From Chamaesiphon sp. (GTDB lineage: Bacteria > Cyanobacteriota > Cyanobacteriia > Cyanobacteriales > Chamaesiphonaceae): a stretch of DNA of 64,000 nt. The position numbers and the translations under genes are program-made. Under the pieces are notes generated by a model, which searched no databases, was not told the origin of the DNA, and was given only the letters and a program-made list of their open reading frames with translations. The stretch spans positions 32,001 through 96,000 of the forward strand of contig CBDFFH010000009.1 in NCBI GenBank assembly GCA_965246715.1, in the 5' to 3' direction. Positions within the stretch are counted from its first letter, which is position 1. The number at the start of each line of letters is the position of its first letter. Positions 43,666 through 55,039 of this stretch are shown here, piece after piece.

Positions 43666-43865
43666 AAGTCTTTCTATTATAGGATATTTTTAGATGTTTG
43701 TGGGAGGGTAATTTTGAATTTTGAATTTTGGATTTTGCGGCTGAAATCACGCGGAGGGAACCTCCGCATGTGTTTCAGTCAAGACAGGATTTTGGATTAA
43801 AAATACATCTAGCCCCTAGCCCATATCTACTATTCACTATTCACTGATTCCCTATCCCCTAATTC

Positions 43866-45140
43866 ATGAAACTCCTCTGTATCAGCAACGGACACGGTGA
43901 AGACGCGATCGCATTACCCGTATTACAGGAGGTGCGAAAGTTAGCCGAGTTGCCAATAGAAATAGTTACGTTACCGATCGTGGGTGTGGGCAAGGCTTTT
44001 AGCGACAATAATTTTGACATTATCGGTACGGTGCAGACGATGCCATCGGGGGGATTCAATCAAGACAGTCGTCAACTGCTGCGAGATCTGCGGGGTGGGC
44101 TGCTGGGACTGACGATCGACCAAATCGAAACCGCCCAAAACTGGGCGAAATCTGGGGGTAAGATCCTGGCAGTCGGTGATATCGTGCCATTAGTTTTTGC
44201 GTGGTTGAGTGGTGCGGACTATGCCTTTATCGGTACTGCCAAATCAGAGTACTATATTCGCGATCGTCAGGGGCAAATCTTACCCTCGCAGCGCAATAGT
44301 CTGGAAGTCAAAACTGGCTCCTATTATTTTCCCTGGGAACGATGGTTGCTGGGTCGGAGTAGATGTAAGGCAGTGTTTGCTCGCGATCGATTGACGGCGG
44401 AAATCCTCCAACAGCATCACATTCCGGCGTTCGATTTAGGTAATCCGATGACAGATGGAGTCGCAATAGATTTCCGTCAGCCGAGATTTTATGGAGCTGA
44501 ATCAGTCAAACGCGAACGCGAACGTCCCCTAACTGTCACGCTGTTACCTGGATCTCGGCCACCAGAAGCGTATGCCAATTGGGAGCAGATCGTTATCGCC
44601 GCAAATAGCCTCCTTCCGCTCTGCAATCAGCGTTCGTTGGTATTTTTAGCCGCGATCGACCCCAAATTAGATTTGGATACCTTACAGCAGATTCTTCGCG
44701 CGCGAGGATGGACTGTGCAAGCTAATCCAGAGCGGAATTTTATCGATAACATCACCGATCCAAGCGCGATTTATTACCAACAGGGGAGTACGATCCTGAC
44801 GATCGGCACTCAATCCTATCGGCAATTTATGCATTTGGGCGACTGTGCGATCGCGATGGCGGGTACGGCGACGGAACAATTTATCAGCTTGGGGAAACCT
44901 GCCGTTATCATCCCTGGCAAAGGACCACAATTTACACCAGCCTTTGCTGAAGCGCAAACTCGATTATTGGGCGAGTCGGTGATTTTAGTGCCCCAGGCGC
45001 AGGAGGTGGGGCAAGAGATCGATCGATTATTACAGCAGCCAGATCGATTACAATCGATCGCCAAGAATGGTTTGTTGCGAATGGGTACGCCTGGTGCGGC
45101 AAGACGGATTGCCGAACATTTGCTGGAGATAATGCTCTAA
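43866..45140 (+). CDS. lipid-A-disaccharide synthase-related protein
   Basis: SNGHGED, LLPGSR, MAGTATEQ, GPQFT..FAEAQ.RLLG. Confidence 0.85.
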   Translation: MKLLCISNGHGEDAIALPVLQEVRKLAELPIEIVTLPIVGVGKAFSDNNFDIIGTVQTMPSGGFNQDSRQLLRDLRGGLLGLTIDQIETAQNWAKSGGKILAVGDIVPLVFAWLSGADYAFIGTAKSEYYIRDRQGQILPSQRNSLEVKTGSYYFPWERWLLGRSRCKAVFARDRLTAEILQQHHIPAFDLGNPMTDGVAIDFRQPRFYGAESVKRERERPLTVTLLPGSRPPEAYANWEQIVIAANSLLPLCNQRSLVFLAAIDPKLDLDTLQQILRARGWTVQANPERNFIDNITDPSAIYYQQGSTILTIGTQSYRQFMHLGDCAIAMAGTATEQFISLGKPAVIIPGKGPQFTPAFAEAQTRLLGESVILVPQAQEVGQEIDRLLQQPDRLQSIAKNGLLRMGTPGAARRIAEHLLEIML

Positions 45141-45248
45141 ATTCTGTAGGGGTGAATTTATTACAATTAATCCTCGCGGAGCCTTAATCCCGCTCCGAGA
45201 ACAAACGAAAACCCGATCGCGTCGTAAAATAGGTTATCTATCGATCGA

Positions 45249-46985
45249 GTGGGTCTTTTGAAAAAGCGTTCTACCTATTGGCAACTTCTCCCTTATCTCA
45301 ATCCTTATTGGCAGACGATCGGTTTTGGGTTATTTTGCGTCATTCTATTTAGCCTACTATCGCCAGTTTTGGCCTATTTGGCACGGGATTTGTCGGAATA
45401 TATCAGCAAAGGTAACGTTCCCGCATTGATTCAATTGTCATTGATTGGTGCGGGGGTATTTGTTGTCAGGGGACTCGCTCAATATGGGCAAGACGCGCTG
45501 ATGGCGAAGGTGTCATTTGCAGTGACGTTAGATTTACGCAAAAAGATTTACGCGCATTTGCTCCAAGTTGGTGAGGCTTATACAGATAAATTACGGTCGG
45601 GAGATTTATCTTATCGGTTGACGGAAGAAATCGATCGAGTTGCCGAAGTAATTTACAAAATTTTTCATCAGTTTATTCCTTGCATCATTCAATTAGTCCT
45701 ACTTTTGGGATATATGATCTGGATTAACTGGCCACTGACGATTACCGTATTTCTGATCGCGCCAATTATTGCCTTGTTAGTTGGTTGGTTTGGCGATAAG
45801 TTACACAAATTTTCGCTGCGCAGCCAAAATCGGATCTCCGATCTGTCTTCACTTATTGCTGAATTTGGTGGGGGGATGCGGTTGATTCAAGCCTTCGCTG
45901 CCGAAGATTATGCTAATTTTAGATTTGGGCAGGAGTCGGAACTAAATCGTCAAGCAAAATATAGTACCGAAAAGCTCAAAGCAATCCAATTTCCAGTAAT
46001 TGGATTTATACAAGCTGCGAGTATTTTATTCTTATTTACGATCGCCGGATGGCAAATTTCATTAGGGAATTTGACTGGCAGTCAATTTGTGAGTTATGCC
46101 ACCGCAATCGCGTTGTTAATCGATCCGATTTCGCTGACAACTAGCAATTTTAATGAAATCAAACAAAGTGAAGCGTCAGTCGATCGCGTGTTTGAATTAC
46201 TAACTATTCCCATCTCGATCGTCGAACGTCCCGATGCGATCTCCTTACCACCGATTTCTGGTCTAGTTGAATATCGGCATGTCAGCTTCGGTTATACAGC
46301 CGATCGACCGATTCTCAAGGATTTCGACCTCACAGTAGCGCCAGGCGAAACGATCGCGCTAGTGGGGGCTTCTGGTGCTGGTAAAAGCACAATTTTAAGC
46401 CTCTTAAATCGGTTTCATGATGTGACTGGTGGGAGCATTGCGATCGATGGAATCGATATTCGCGATGTCACGCTCAAAAGCTTACGCCGTCAGATTGGCA
46501 TCGTCCCTCAAGACAACATGTTATTTTCGGGATATATCGCCCAAAATATTGCTTTCGGACAGACCGAATTCGATATTGAAGCAGTTGAGAAGGCGGCTAA
46601 AATTGCTAACGCTCATCAATTTATCTCACAACTTTCACAAGGTTATTATACATTTGTTGGCGAACAAGGTACTACGTTATCGGGAGGACAAAAACAACGC
46701 ATTGCGATCGCCAGAGCGGTATTATTTGACCCCCAAATCCTAATTCTCGACGAAGCAACGTCGGCATTAGATTCAGAATCAGAAGCCTTGGTGCAAGAGG
46801 CATTAGAGCGAGTAATGGCCGATCGAACGGTATTTATTATCGCTCATCGTTTGGCGACGGTAAGAAAAGCCGATCGAATTTTGGTAGTGGAAGATGGTCG
46901 AATCATTGAGGCGGGTACCCATAGTGAATTACTTGCAAAAACCGGAAGATATGCCAAGTTTTACGCGCAACAATTTAGTGAGTAG
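45249..46985 (+). CDS. MsbA-like ABC exporter (TMD plus NBD)
   Basis: GASGAGKS, LSGGQKQR, ILDEATSALD. Confidence 0.92.
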   Translation: MGLLKKRSTYWQLLPYLNPYWQTIGFGLFCVILFSLLSPVLAYLARDLSEYISKGNVPALIQLSLIGAGVFVVRGLAQYGQDALMAKVSFAVTLDLRKKIYAHLLQVGEAYTDKLRSGDLSYRLTEEIDRVAEVIYKIFHQFIPCIIQLVLLLGYMIWINWPLTITVFLIAPIIALLVGWFGDKLHKFSLRSQNRISDLSSLIAEFGGGMRLIQAFAAEDYANFRFGQESELNRQAKYSTEKLKAIQFPVIGFIQAASILFLFTIAGWQISLGNLTGSQFVSYATAIALLIDPISLTTSNFNEIKQSEASVDRVFELLTIPISIVERPDAISLPPISGLVEYRHVSFGYTADRPILKDFDLTVAPGETIALVGASGAGKSTILSLLNRFHDVTGGSIAIDGIDIRDVTLKSLRRQIGIVPQDNMLFSGYIAQNIAFGQTEFDIEAVEKAAKIANAHQFISQLSQGYYTFVGEQGTTLSGGQKQRIAIARAVLFDPQILILDEATSALDSESEALVQEALERVMADRTVFIIAHRLATVRKADRILVVEDGRIIEAGTHSELLAKTGRYAKFYAQQFSE

Positions 46986-47036
46986 TTGTGGGGAATCAAC
47001 TATCTGAATTTCCTCCCTCTCTTGAAAATTATTAGC

Positions 47037-47168
47037 AGAGTGGTTTCATACACCGAAAGAAAAATCTCTTAGTTCACTTCAGTGAACTTTTGCTGTTAGC
47101 CCGAACTTACAGTTCAGGGCGGTGCCTGAGCGAAGCAAATCAATTTTCCCTATCCCGAACTGACGTTA
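47037..47168. repeat. partial MITE-like repeats
   Basis: gtggtttcatacaccgaaagaaaaa... is the reverse complement of part of 53662-53802; cccgaactgacgtt end shared with 58548-58841. Confidence 0.65.
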
Positions 47169-47169
47169 C

Positions 47170-48783
47170 TTAACTCACCTTAAATTGCACCGTTGCTGAC
47201 TCAAGATGCTTAATCAAAGTAGCTTGAGGCAATGGCCCTTGAATGTGCTGCCAAGGTAACACCTGACTCGTCTCCCACTCCTCATGTACGTAAAAAGCCA
47301 TCGGCGCAATCTGTCCCCGTAACTCCTTAAATGCCCGTCGATAACTCCCGATCGAATCCCCATAACTCCGAGTTAATTCGAGTAAATAAGATACCCGGCG
47401 ATCGCCTCGCGAAATTAACGCCTGAATTACCGACCAGTTATAACTTTCTGGGCGAAAATCGATCCCGTTCGGGGTCAGCCGTTTTTGAAGCAATTGCAAT
47501 CGTTTCTCCGCATCCTTATTCACTCCCAACCATTGGAATGGTGTATGTGATTTCGGGACAAATGTACTGCATCCAAAGGTCAACCGTAACCCTGGAGCGG
47601 CTTTCTTTAGCGACTTTAGCATCGCCACAGTCTTATCGAGATCCGCTAATTCCTCACCAGGAATTCCCGCCATTCCATACAGTTTTAATCCCTTCAAACC
47701 GCCAGCTTTTGCATTAATTGCCGCTTGGACGATCTCTTCAGTTTCGAGCTTTTTGTTGACAATCTTTCTGACTCGTTCCGAACCACTTTCGACGGCGATC
47801 GTAATTGATTTACTATCGCGTTTAGCCAGCGTTTCAGCTAATTGGACGGTGAGGGTATTTGTCCGCACTGAAGATACACTCAAGCGAATATCATCGTATT
47901 TTGGCTTGCTGAGATGTTCTAATAGGGCGGGAAACTCTGGATGTTGAGTCACCGAAGCACCGAGTAACCCCAATCTGTCGGTTACTTCCAAACCGCGATC
48001 GATCGCTGGAATGAGCGAATCTGCTACGTCAGCAACGCGAAATGGTAAAGTCAGATAACTTGCCAAACAAAACCGACACATTTCAGGGCAACTCCGGACG
48101 ACTTCGACCATGAAAATGTTTTCCCATGCCGCTTTTTCGGTGACGACGGAGGAGACAGAAAGGGTATTGCCGCGATAGGTTTGTTTGGTAATAGTTGCGG
48201 GAATATTACTCGAGATCGGCGTAATACTGGCAAGGAGATCGCCTTGATACTCTACCTGATATAAGCTGGGAATATAAATTCCGGGTACCTGTGCTAACCG
48301 TTGTAATTTAGTAGCTCGATCTGCCGTCCGAACTTCTTGATACGCATTAATAAAATTGCCGAGTAAATCCTCACCATCGCCGACTAAAATTACATCAAAG
48401 AAATCAGCAAATGGTTCGGGATTGGCACTCAAAACGGGGCCACCTCCAAAAATTAGTGGGTCGTTATCGCCGCGTACCGCACTCCGGAGCGGGACTTCTA
48501 GAAATTCTAATAAATTGAGAATATTGACATAATCTAACTCCCAAGACAGCGAAAAACCGACTAATTCTGGCGATCGAGGTAAAGACTCATGCACGTCGGT
48601 AAATAATCGACTCACATCTAAATCCGCTCGCATGGCTAAAGTCGCCCACACTACCTGATAGCCTAAACTGGTAATCCCCACCGTATACTCATTGGGAAAA
48701 GCAAAGATCGTCGGAATCGCCGCTCGCTCGGGTGATGCTGGTGTAAATAATAACTGTTCGGCAGCGAAGACAGAGTTTGACAA
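47170..48783 (-). CDS. B12-binding-like radical SAM protein
   Basis: CPEMCRFC motif; FVPKSHTPFQW. Confidence 0.9.
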   Translation of the reverse strand: MSNSVFAAEQLLFTPASPERAAIPTIFAFPNEYTVGITSLGYQVVWATLAMRADLDVSRLFTDVHESLPRSPELVGFSLSWELDYVNILNLLEFLEVPLRSAVRGDNDPLIFGGGPVLSANPEPFADFFDVILVGDGEDLLGNFINAYQEVRTADRATKLQRLAQVPGIYIPSLYQVEYQGDLLASITPISSNIPATITKQTYRGNTLSVSSVVTEKAAWENIFMVEVVRSCPEMCRFCLASYLTLPFRVADVADSLIPAIDRGLEVTDRLGLLGASVTQHPEFPALLEHLSKPKYDDIRLSVSSVRTNTLTVQLAETLAKRDSKSITIAVESGSERVRKIVNKKLETEEIVQAAINAKAGGLKGLKLYGMAGIPGEELADLDKTVAMLKSLKKAAPGLRLTFGCSTFVPKSHTPFQWLGVNKDAEKRLQLLQKRLTPNGIDFRPESYNWSVIQALISRGDRRVSYLLELTRSYGDSIGSYRRAFKELRGQIAPMAFYVHEEWETSQVLPWQHIQGPLPQATLIKHLESATVQFKVS

Positions 48784-48822
48784 AGTAATATTTAATAAAA
48801 TCGGTAGGTCAGAGCTGGATAT

Positions 48823-48956
48823 TTAACCTAGGTTTCTACCTATACTCGAAGTGGTTAAAACCACTCCTCGTGATGCTATAGTCCGCGTAGGCGGACTATA
48901 GTATTGTTAGCCACGATTTCAATCGTAGGCATTTCGGTAGGTAGCAACTTGGGTTA
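48823..48956. repeat. MITE-like inverted-repeat element
   Basis: taacctaggtttctaccta / taggtagcaacttgggtta; related to 58841-58975. Confidence 0.6.
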
Positions 48957-49096
48957 GTTAGGCGATCGTCGCAGTTTCAATTAGTAAAATTCTTGCTGGG
49001 GATATCCTCATTTTAGATGGTTCGTCTCAAATTTCACACCCTCACCGATCGAGCGCTGCTTGTTCTCCAGAGCCGATCTGCGCGTTGTTGAGGTAA

Positions 49097-49810
49097 TTAC
49101 CCTAGCAATACTTGCCAACTAATTATCTGCAGAGCTAAATCTGCTGCTAGATGGCTGATGTAGCACGGGAGGATCGATCGATAGATCGCAAAACAGCGCG
49201 CCCAGATTACCCCTGCCAAAAATACTGCAATTGCACCGATCGCGACTAATTTTAGATCGTTACAATAGGCGATGAGCAAAATCACATGATGCAGGGTAAA
49301 AAAGAGTGCAGAGAGCCAAACTGCAACTCGTTTACCGACTAATACTTCACATTTTTGATAGACAAACCAGCGCCAGACATATTCCTCGACAAACGAATTA
49401 ATCAGCGTTTGAAAAGTGCCGAAGCCAAATATCATCAACGGTACATTCATCTGCATTCGATCTACTCTAGCTCGAATATCGGCAAGATCCAACCAATGTT
49501 GACCGATTGCGTAATAACTACCTAAAATAATCCCAAACATCGCCACTCCCAGTAGAATTCCTACTACTAAACCACTACCTGCTTTAGTCAGCTTGAAATC
49601 CAACGGTTGGCGATCGATAAATCGATGCCAATAAATGGGAAAAATTACCATCCAAACCCCACAACAGATCGCAATCGATTGTCCGACGATCCCTGGCGCG
49701 ATGAAAGTGGATGCAATGGCACCGATGCTAGTCGCTGGGACAATAGCGACAAGCGGGAGACACGCTCGAATAAAGTTGCGGTTAGCGAACCGAGATTGCC
49801 GAAATTTCAC
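49097..49810 (-). CDS. CPBP (CAAX/Abi) intramembrane metalloprotease
   Basis: EEYVWRW, FFTLHH, SHLAAD. Confidence 0.88.
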   Translation of the reverse strand: MKFRQSRFANRNFIRACLPLVAIVPATSIGAIASTFIAPGIVGQSIAICCGVWMVIFPIYWHRFIDRQPLDFKLTKAGSGLVVGILLGVAMFGIILGSYYAIGQHWLDLADIRARVDRMQMNVPLMIFGFGTFQTLINSFVEEYVWRWFVYQKCEVLVGKRVAVWLSALFFTLHHVILLIAYCNDLKLVAIGAIAVFLAGVIWARCFAIYRSILPCYISHLAADLALQIISWQVLLG

Positions 49811-50928
49811 GATCTTTGCCTTTGAAAAGATACTTATCAGACTACCGAGACAACTTGATGTTCGGCTCGATCCTCGTGACAGTTATTCGATCGTCCATAA
49901 CCAAATTCAGATACAAACGTCTGGCAAACTATGATGAGTTTGTCAAGATTCAAGCTCACATATAATCAAAGATTTAAGTATCTTAACGAACATCTTCGTA
50001 AAGATACCGAGTTAGTAACATTTGTGGCTGCATCGAGCACCAAATCGATCTTTCTTTTTAATTAGCGTTAAAAGTCCCCCGTAGTAGACAGGATCCGATT
50101 GTCAATTTTTTATACTACATCAATAATTAGCAAAGGAAAATTAAGCGATCTTGCCGATCGCGATCCACTCGTCCCAAAAGTAGAATGATAGGGAGGCTGA
50201 AGCTTAGGCTGCAAGATCGTTCGGCTAAATGTTAAGTCGATTGGTTCTGTAAGAATGCAGATTTAAAGATGCATGACGATCTTCGATTGGTATGCAAAAT
50301 TAGCTTGTAAACTAATGAGCTAAGGCTCATTTAACTCTCATCAAGTATCCTGTTAATCGATCGCTGAAAAAATTGATATTTTTATGAAGACACAGATAAA
50401 TTATCTTAATGCGGTGCGAGCTTTAATCGGTGAGAACAGACAATTATTAAACGACTGGGATATAGTAGTACAGCATAATTTAGCTCGTGGCGGATTAGAT
50501 ATCAACGTTCTCGCCTACCGCTGGTTAGCTGAATATTATCTGATGTGCAAAAATAGATAATCTTTCTTCCTCAACTGCCAACATCAGCTCATTTTGATAC
50601 TGTTGGGATTCCCCATCGGCAAAATTTATCGCATTAAGTAATGCCCCTACATTCACAGAACTTGTGAGCGGGTTATTACCACAACCAAGTGTAATGCTTT
50701 GGGCCGCGATTTTTTTGTGGCATGGCAGCAACAAGACCGCCGACAAGCAATTTTGGCGGACACAGTCGTGCCAGCCGAGCGTCGGTTCGCGCTAGATCGA
50801 GCGGCTATTTGTTTAAGCTTTGTTACTGGGAGTCTCAAATAGGACAGAATTTACCGAAAATAAGAGCGATCGCTAATCGTAGCTGAATCCTTTTCAAAAT
50901 CAATTACTTAAAAATAGGAAAAGTAACT

Positions 50929-51210
50929 ATGGCACTCCAACGTGGGTCGAAAGTTCGCGTCCTTCGCAAAGAATCCTACTGGTTCCAAGATGTCGGTAGC
51001 GTCGTATCGATCGACCAAAGCGGCATCAAATATAACGTCATCGTCAGATTTAACAAAGTTAACTACTCTGGCTTCAGCGGTAGTGCTGGTGGCGTTAATA
51101 CTAACAACTTTGCTGTTAGTGAATTGGTAGAAGTGGAAGCACCGAAAGCAGCGGTTAAAGTCCCCACTCCAGCTAAAGACTCCACCGTATCCGTTAAAGC
51201 TAGCAAATAA
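50929..51210 (+). CDS. psaE: photosystem I subunit IV
   Basis: [31 protein letters not shown]....TNNF. Confidence 0.95.
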   Translation: MALQRGSKVRVLRKESYWFQDVGSVVSIDQSGIKYNVIVRFNKVNYSGFSGSAGGVNTNNFAVSELVEVEAPKAAVKVPTPAKDSTVSVKASK

Positions 51211-51308
51211 AGCTAACGATCCGACTGGTGAGCGGAGAGTGGCGATCGATCTCGGCCGATTTCGGTAAGATGGACTTTACCATTCTCTAGTTACCAGTCT
51301 TTCCCTTC

Positions 51309-52172
51309 ATGCCAGAATTACCTGAGGTTGAAACAGTCCGCCGGGGTTTAAATCAACACACACTCGATCGATCGATTACTGGCACTGAGGTATTATTACC
51401 ACGGACGATCGCTTATCCCGATACGCCGGACGAGTTTATCGCGGCATTGCATCACACTCAAATTCGGACTTGGCACCGGCGGGGCAAATATTTATATGCT
51501 GAATTAGTCTCAGCAGCCACTCAGCAGCCTGCTGGCTGGTTGGGGGTGCATTTACGCATGACGGGACAATTGCTATGGGTACAGCCCCAGACAGACCTTC
51601 AGAAACATACTCGCGTGCGCCTGTTTGTGGGCAAGGATTGGGAATTGCGCTTTGTCGATCAGCGCACATTCGGACAGATGTGGTGGATTCCACCCACTAA
51701 ACAGCTAGAGCAGGTGATGACTGGGTTGAGTAGATTAGGGCCAGAGCCTTTCGATCCGACTTTTAGCGTCGAATATTTTGCGGCGAAACTGCAGAAATCC
51801 CAGCGTAATATCAAAACCGTCATCCTCGATCAAGCTCTCGTCGCTGGAGTAGGCAACATTTATGCCGATGAAGCGTTGTTTTTGAGCAAAATTCATCCCA
51901 AGACACAGGCAAACGCGCTCACGCCAATCCAAATTGCGGCATTGCATGAGTCCACCATAACTGTCCTCAAAACCTCGATCGAGCAAGGCGGCACTACTTT
52001 CAGCAATTATCTCAGCATCGAGGGCACTAACGGCAATTACGGTGGCATAGCGTTGGTTTACAATCGCACCGGTCAACCCTGTCGCATCTGCCAAACCCCG
52101 ATCGAGAAAATCCGACTAGGGGGTCGCGGCACTCATTATTGTCCTCACTGTCAACCAGATCCGGAATCGTAA
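51309..52172 (+). CDS. mutM: formamidopyrimidine-DNA glycosylase
   Basis: MPELPEVET, HLRMTG, GNIYADE, C-terminal CxxC..CxxCQ. Confidence 0.97.
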   Translation: MPELPEVETVRRGLNQHTLDRSITGTEVLLPRTIAYPDTPDEFIAALHHTQIRTWHRRGKYLYAELVSAATQQPAGWLGVHLRMTGQLLWVQPQTDLQKHTRVRLFVGKDWELRFVDQRTFGQMWWIPPTKQLEQVMTGLSRLGPEPFDPTFSVEYFAAKLQKSQRNIKTVILDQALVAGVGNIYADEALFLSKIHPKTQANALTPIQIAALHESTITVLKTSIEQGGTTFSNYLSIEGTNGNYGGIALVYNRTGQPCRICQTPIEKIRLGGRGTHYCPHCQPDPES

Positions 52173-52263
52173 AGTTCAAACCTAGCTCGGTAACGTCAAT
52201 TCGGGTTAAGGATTTCCCGTTTAGGCCATTCTTTGACTAGTGCTTGGTCTTAAGTGTCGTCCC

Positions 52264-52416
52264 AGTAGGGTGGGCAGTGCCCACCCTACTGGGTTTGAGC
52301 GAATATTCTCTAAGCTATCTGCATGAGATAATCGATTTGCCAATAGCCTGTCTACATAAATATTTATGAGAATAGAATAGCCTCAATCCTAGCTGGTGGG
52401 CACTGCCCACCCTACT
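52264..52416. repeat. REP-like palindromes (GTAGGGTGGGCA..GCCCACCCTAC)
   Basis: agtagggtgggcagtgcccaccctact at ~52264 and ggtgggcactgcccaccctac at ~52395. Confidence 0.65.
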
Positions 52417-52499
52417 TTCTACGTTCTCTAACCCCTATCCTCTCTTCCCTATCCCCCGATCGGGTAAGATGAAAAATTGCTTATATAAATAACCCTAAA

Positions 52500-53564
52500 A
52501 TGACCGATCTAAATCAAGAGCCTTTATTATTACGCGCTGCAAAGGGTGCAACTTTAGACCGTCCGCCAGTCTGGATGATGCGGCAGGCGGGACGATATAT
52601 GAAAGTTTATCGGGATCTGCGCGACAAATACCCCTCATTCCGCGATCGATCGGAAAAAGCCGAACTCGCGATCGAAATTTCGCTCCAACCCTGGCGCGCG
52701 TTCGAGCCGGATGGGGTAATTATGTTCTCGGATATCCTCACGCCCCTCCCAGGGATCGGGATTCCCTTCGATATCATCGAGAGTCGCGGGCCGATTATCG
52801 AGCCAGCAATCCGCTCTCAGGCGCAAATCGACGCACTTCATCCCCTAACTCCCGACGAATCACTACCATTCATCAAGGAGATCCTGGGCACGTTGCGACG
52901 GGAAGTCGGTAACAAATCTACAGTTCTCGGTTTTGTCGGCGCACCTTGGACGTTAGCAGCATATGCGATCGAAGGTAAAAGCTCGAAGGACTATGCCAAT
53001 ATCAAGGGGATGGCCTTCCGCGAACCGGCGATGCTCCATAGCTTACTATCCAAAATCGCCGATGCGATCGCGGTTTATGTGCGTTATCAAATCGATTGTG
53101 GCGCTCAAGTGGTGCAAATGTTTGATTCTTGGGCGGGACAACTCAGCCCCCAAGATTATGAGACTTTCGCGTTACCTTATCAGCAGCAAGTAGTGCGTCA
53201 AGTCAAAGCAACTCACCCGGATACACCACTGATTCTGTATATCAGTGGCAGTTCTGGTGTCTTAGAACTGATGGGTAAATCTGGTGTCGATATTGTCAGT
53301 CTGGATTGGACTGTGGATATGGCAGTGGGCAGGCAGCGGATTGGAGCGCATTTGGGCGTACAGGGTAATATGGACCCTTGTGCGTTATTTGGTTCTAAGG
53401 ATTTTATCCGCGATCGGATTATCGATACGGTGCGGAAGGCTGGCAAAACTGGGCATATCATGAATCTCGGGCATGGGGTTTTACCAACCGTTCCCGAAGA
53501 GAATGTCGCACATTTCTTTGAGACTGCCAAGCAGGTGGATAAATTAATCGCTGCTGCTGGTTAG
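52500..53564 (+). CDS. hemE: uroporphyrinogen decarboxylase
   Basis: [27 protein letters not shown]. Confidence 0.97.
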   Translation: MTDLNQEPLLLRAAKGATLDRPPVWMMRQAGRYMKVYRDLRDKYPSFRDRSEKAELAIEISLQPWRAFEPDGVIMFSDILTPLPGIGIPFDIIESRGPIIEPAIRSQAQIDALHPLTPDESLPFIKEILGTLRREVGNKSTVLGFVGAPWTLAAYAIEGKSSKDYANIKGMAFREPAMLHSLLSKIADAIAVYVRYQIDCGAQVVQMFDSWAGQLSPQDYETFALPYQQQVVRQVKATHPDTPLILYISGSSGVLELMGKSGVDIVSLDWTVDMAVGRQRIGAHLGVQGNMDPCALFGSKDFIRDRIIDTVRKAGKTGHIMNLGHGVLPTVPEENVAHFFETAKQVDKLIAAAG

Positions 53565-53568
53565 GATT

Positions 53569-53899
53569 GATTAACTCATATCTTGCACCAATACAGAAAG
53601 ACTAGTAAAAGCAGAGATCTGAGGATACCCACAAGGGGCCCCCCTTCAGGATTAATTGCGCAGGGTGGTTTCATACAAGAAAATAAAAATGCAAGAACCT
53701 TAGTGCTCAGTCTTCAACCGCCCTGAAATGAATTTCGGGCTAAGAGCAAAAGTCCACTGCAGTGGACTGAGCGATTTTTCTTTCGGTGTATGAAACCACC
53801 CTGCCTACAGGATTAATTGCGTAGGGGTGCCCCTTGTGGGTACCCTGGATCTAAGCCAAGCAATAGTATATTAAAACTGGTGCAAGATATGAGTTAATC
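53569..53899. mobile_element. nested MITEs: outer 22-bp IR element containing REP-like hairpins and an inner element at 53662-53802
   Basis: gattaactcatatcttgcacca / tggtgcaagatatgagttaatc; inner agggtggtttcataca / tgtatgaaaccaccct. Confidence 0.8.
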
Positions 53900-53960
53900 G
53901 ATCTCAGCTTAGTGCTTTCACTAAATCGATCGAGTCGAATCATCGATTCGTCAGACTAAC

Positions 53961-53996
53961 AAAGGCAGGATGTAGTTGTAACTACATCCTGCCTTT
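53961..53996. terminator. perfect hairpin between convergent hemE and vipp1
   Basis: aaaggcaggatgtagtt gt aactacatcctgccttt. Confidence 0.75.
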
Positions 53997-54034
53997 ACTA
54001 ATAGCATGTCCAGAGGAGAGGGTGAGATCGCCGC

Positions 54035-54832
54035 TTACAAGCTATCGATTTGTTTGCGTAAAGCTTCTAATTCGCGTTCTTCGGCAGTCATTAACCGATC
54101 GGCAGTTGGGGGCGTTGTGGGCGCAGCAGTAGGCGATACAGTGCCTTGTGGTAGCGAAGCTGCGGGCTTGCTACCGCCGAGCATTTGCTGTTTCATGGCT
54201 GCGAGTTCGTCATCTACGTCGCTACCTGCGGATAGTGCGGCAAATTTGCTTTCCAAGTCTGCTCCAGTAATTTCTGCGGCAGCTTGAGATTTGGCTTCTT
54301 GGAGGAGAACTTTTTCTTCCATCCGCTCGAAGGCAGACATCGCGCTGTTGTTGCCGATGCGTCCGACTGCACCTTGAAGTTGTTCTTGCGCTTTGGCTGC
54401 TTGAGCGCGCGACTTGAGCATGTCCTTCTTGGTTTTGGCTTCGGAAATCTTGCCTTCAAGCTGGATCAAGCTTTTTTTCATCGTATCGACAGTTCCGGCT
54501 TGCCCGTCTAATTGGGCTTTGAGCGCGGCAGCAGTTTCGCTGTAGTTTTTCTTGCGGACTAGCGCTTCGCGAGCGAGATCTTCATCGCCTTTTTGGAGCG
54601 CTAATTGCGCTTTACCCTGCCAGCTATTGGCATCAGCCATGGCTTTATTGTATTGTTGCTCGGTGCGTTTTTGGTTGGCGATCGCACTGGCAACTGCTTG
54701 ACGAAGTTGCACCAAGTCTTCTTGCATATCCATTACCGCCTGTTCCAGAATTTTTTCTGGATCTTCGGCTTTGCTCACCATATCGTTGACATTCGCCCGC
54801 AGCAGTCTGCTCACCCGATCGAATAATCCCAT
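54035..54832 (-). CDS. vipp1: PspA/IM30 (Vipp1)
   Basis: MGLFDRVSR..AEDPEKILEQ..AFERMEEKV plus C-terminal helix ELEALRKQIDSL. Confidence 0.95.
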   Translation of the reverse strand: MGLFDRVSRLLRANVNDMVSKAEDPEKILEQAVMDMQEDLVQLRQAVASAIANQKRTEQQYNKAMADANSWQGKAQLALQKGDEDLAREALVRKKNYSETAAALKAQLDGQAGTVDTMKKSLIQLEGKISEAKTKKDMLKSRAQAAKAQEQLQGAVGRIGNNSAMSAFERMEEKVLLQEAKSQAAAEITGADLESKFAALSAGSDVDDELAAMKQQMLGGSKPAASLPQGTVSPTAAPTTPPTADRLMTAEERELEALRKQIDSL

Positions 54833-55039
54833 ATTACTATCCTCTTAATAGTTTCCTTTACTAGAATCCCAGTACTTAGCTCGCGCTGGAGCTAACACTT
54901 TAACTTCACGATTTAAAAATACAACCTAGTAATTATGATAGCTGTTGGATCTACCGATCGGGCAGTACTGATTTAGGAATTAGTCACCGACCAGAGCGTC
55001 ACCAGGCGCGATCCACGCACAGCTAAATTATAAATTAAT

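Noticed and set aside
50525..50746. Possible GGDEF/EAL junction remnant (ELMLAVEEERLSIFAHQII)
   Set aside because: Only faint similarity, no catalytic motif; not supportable by eye
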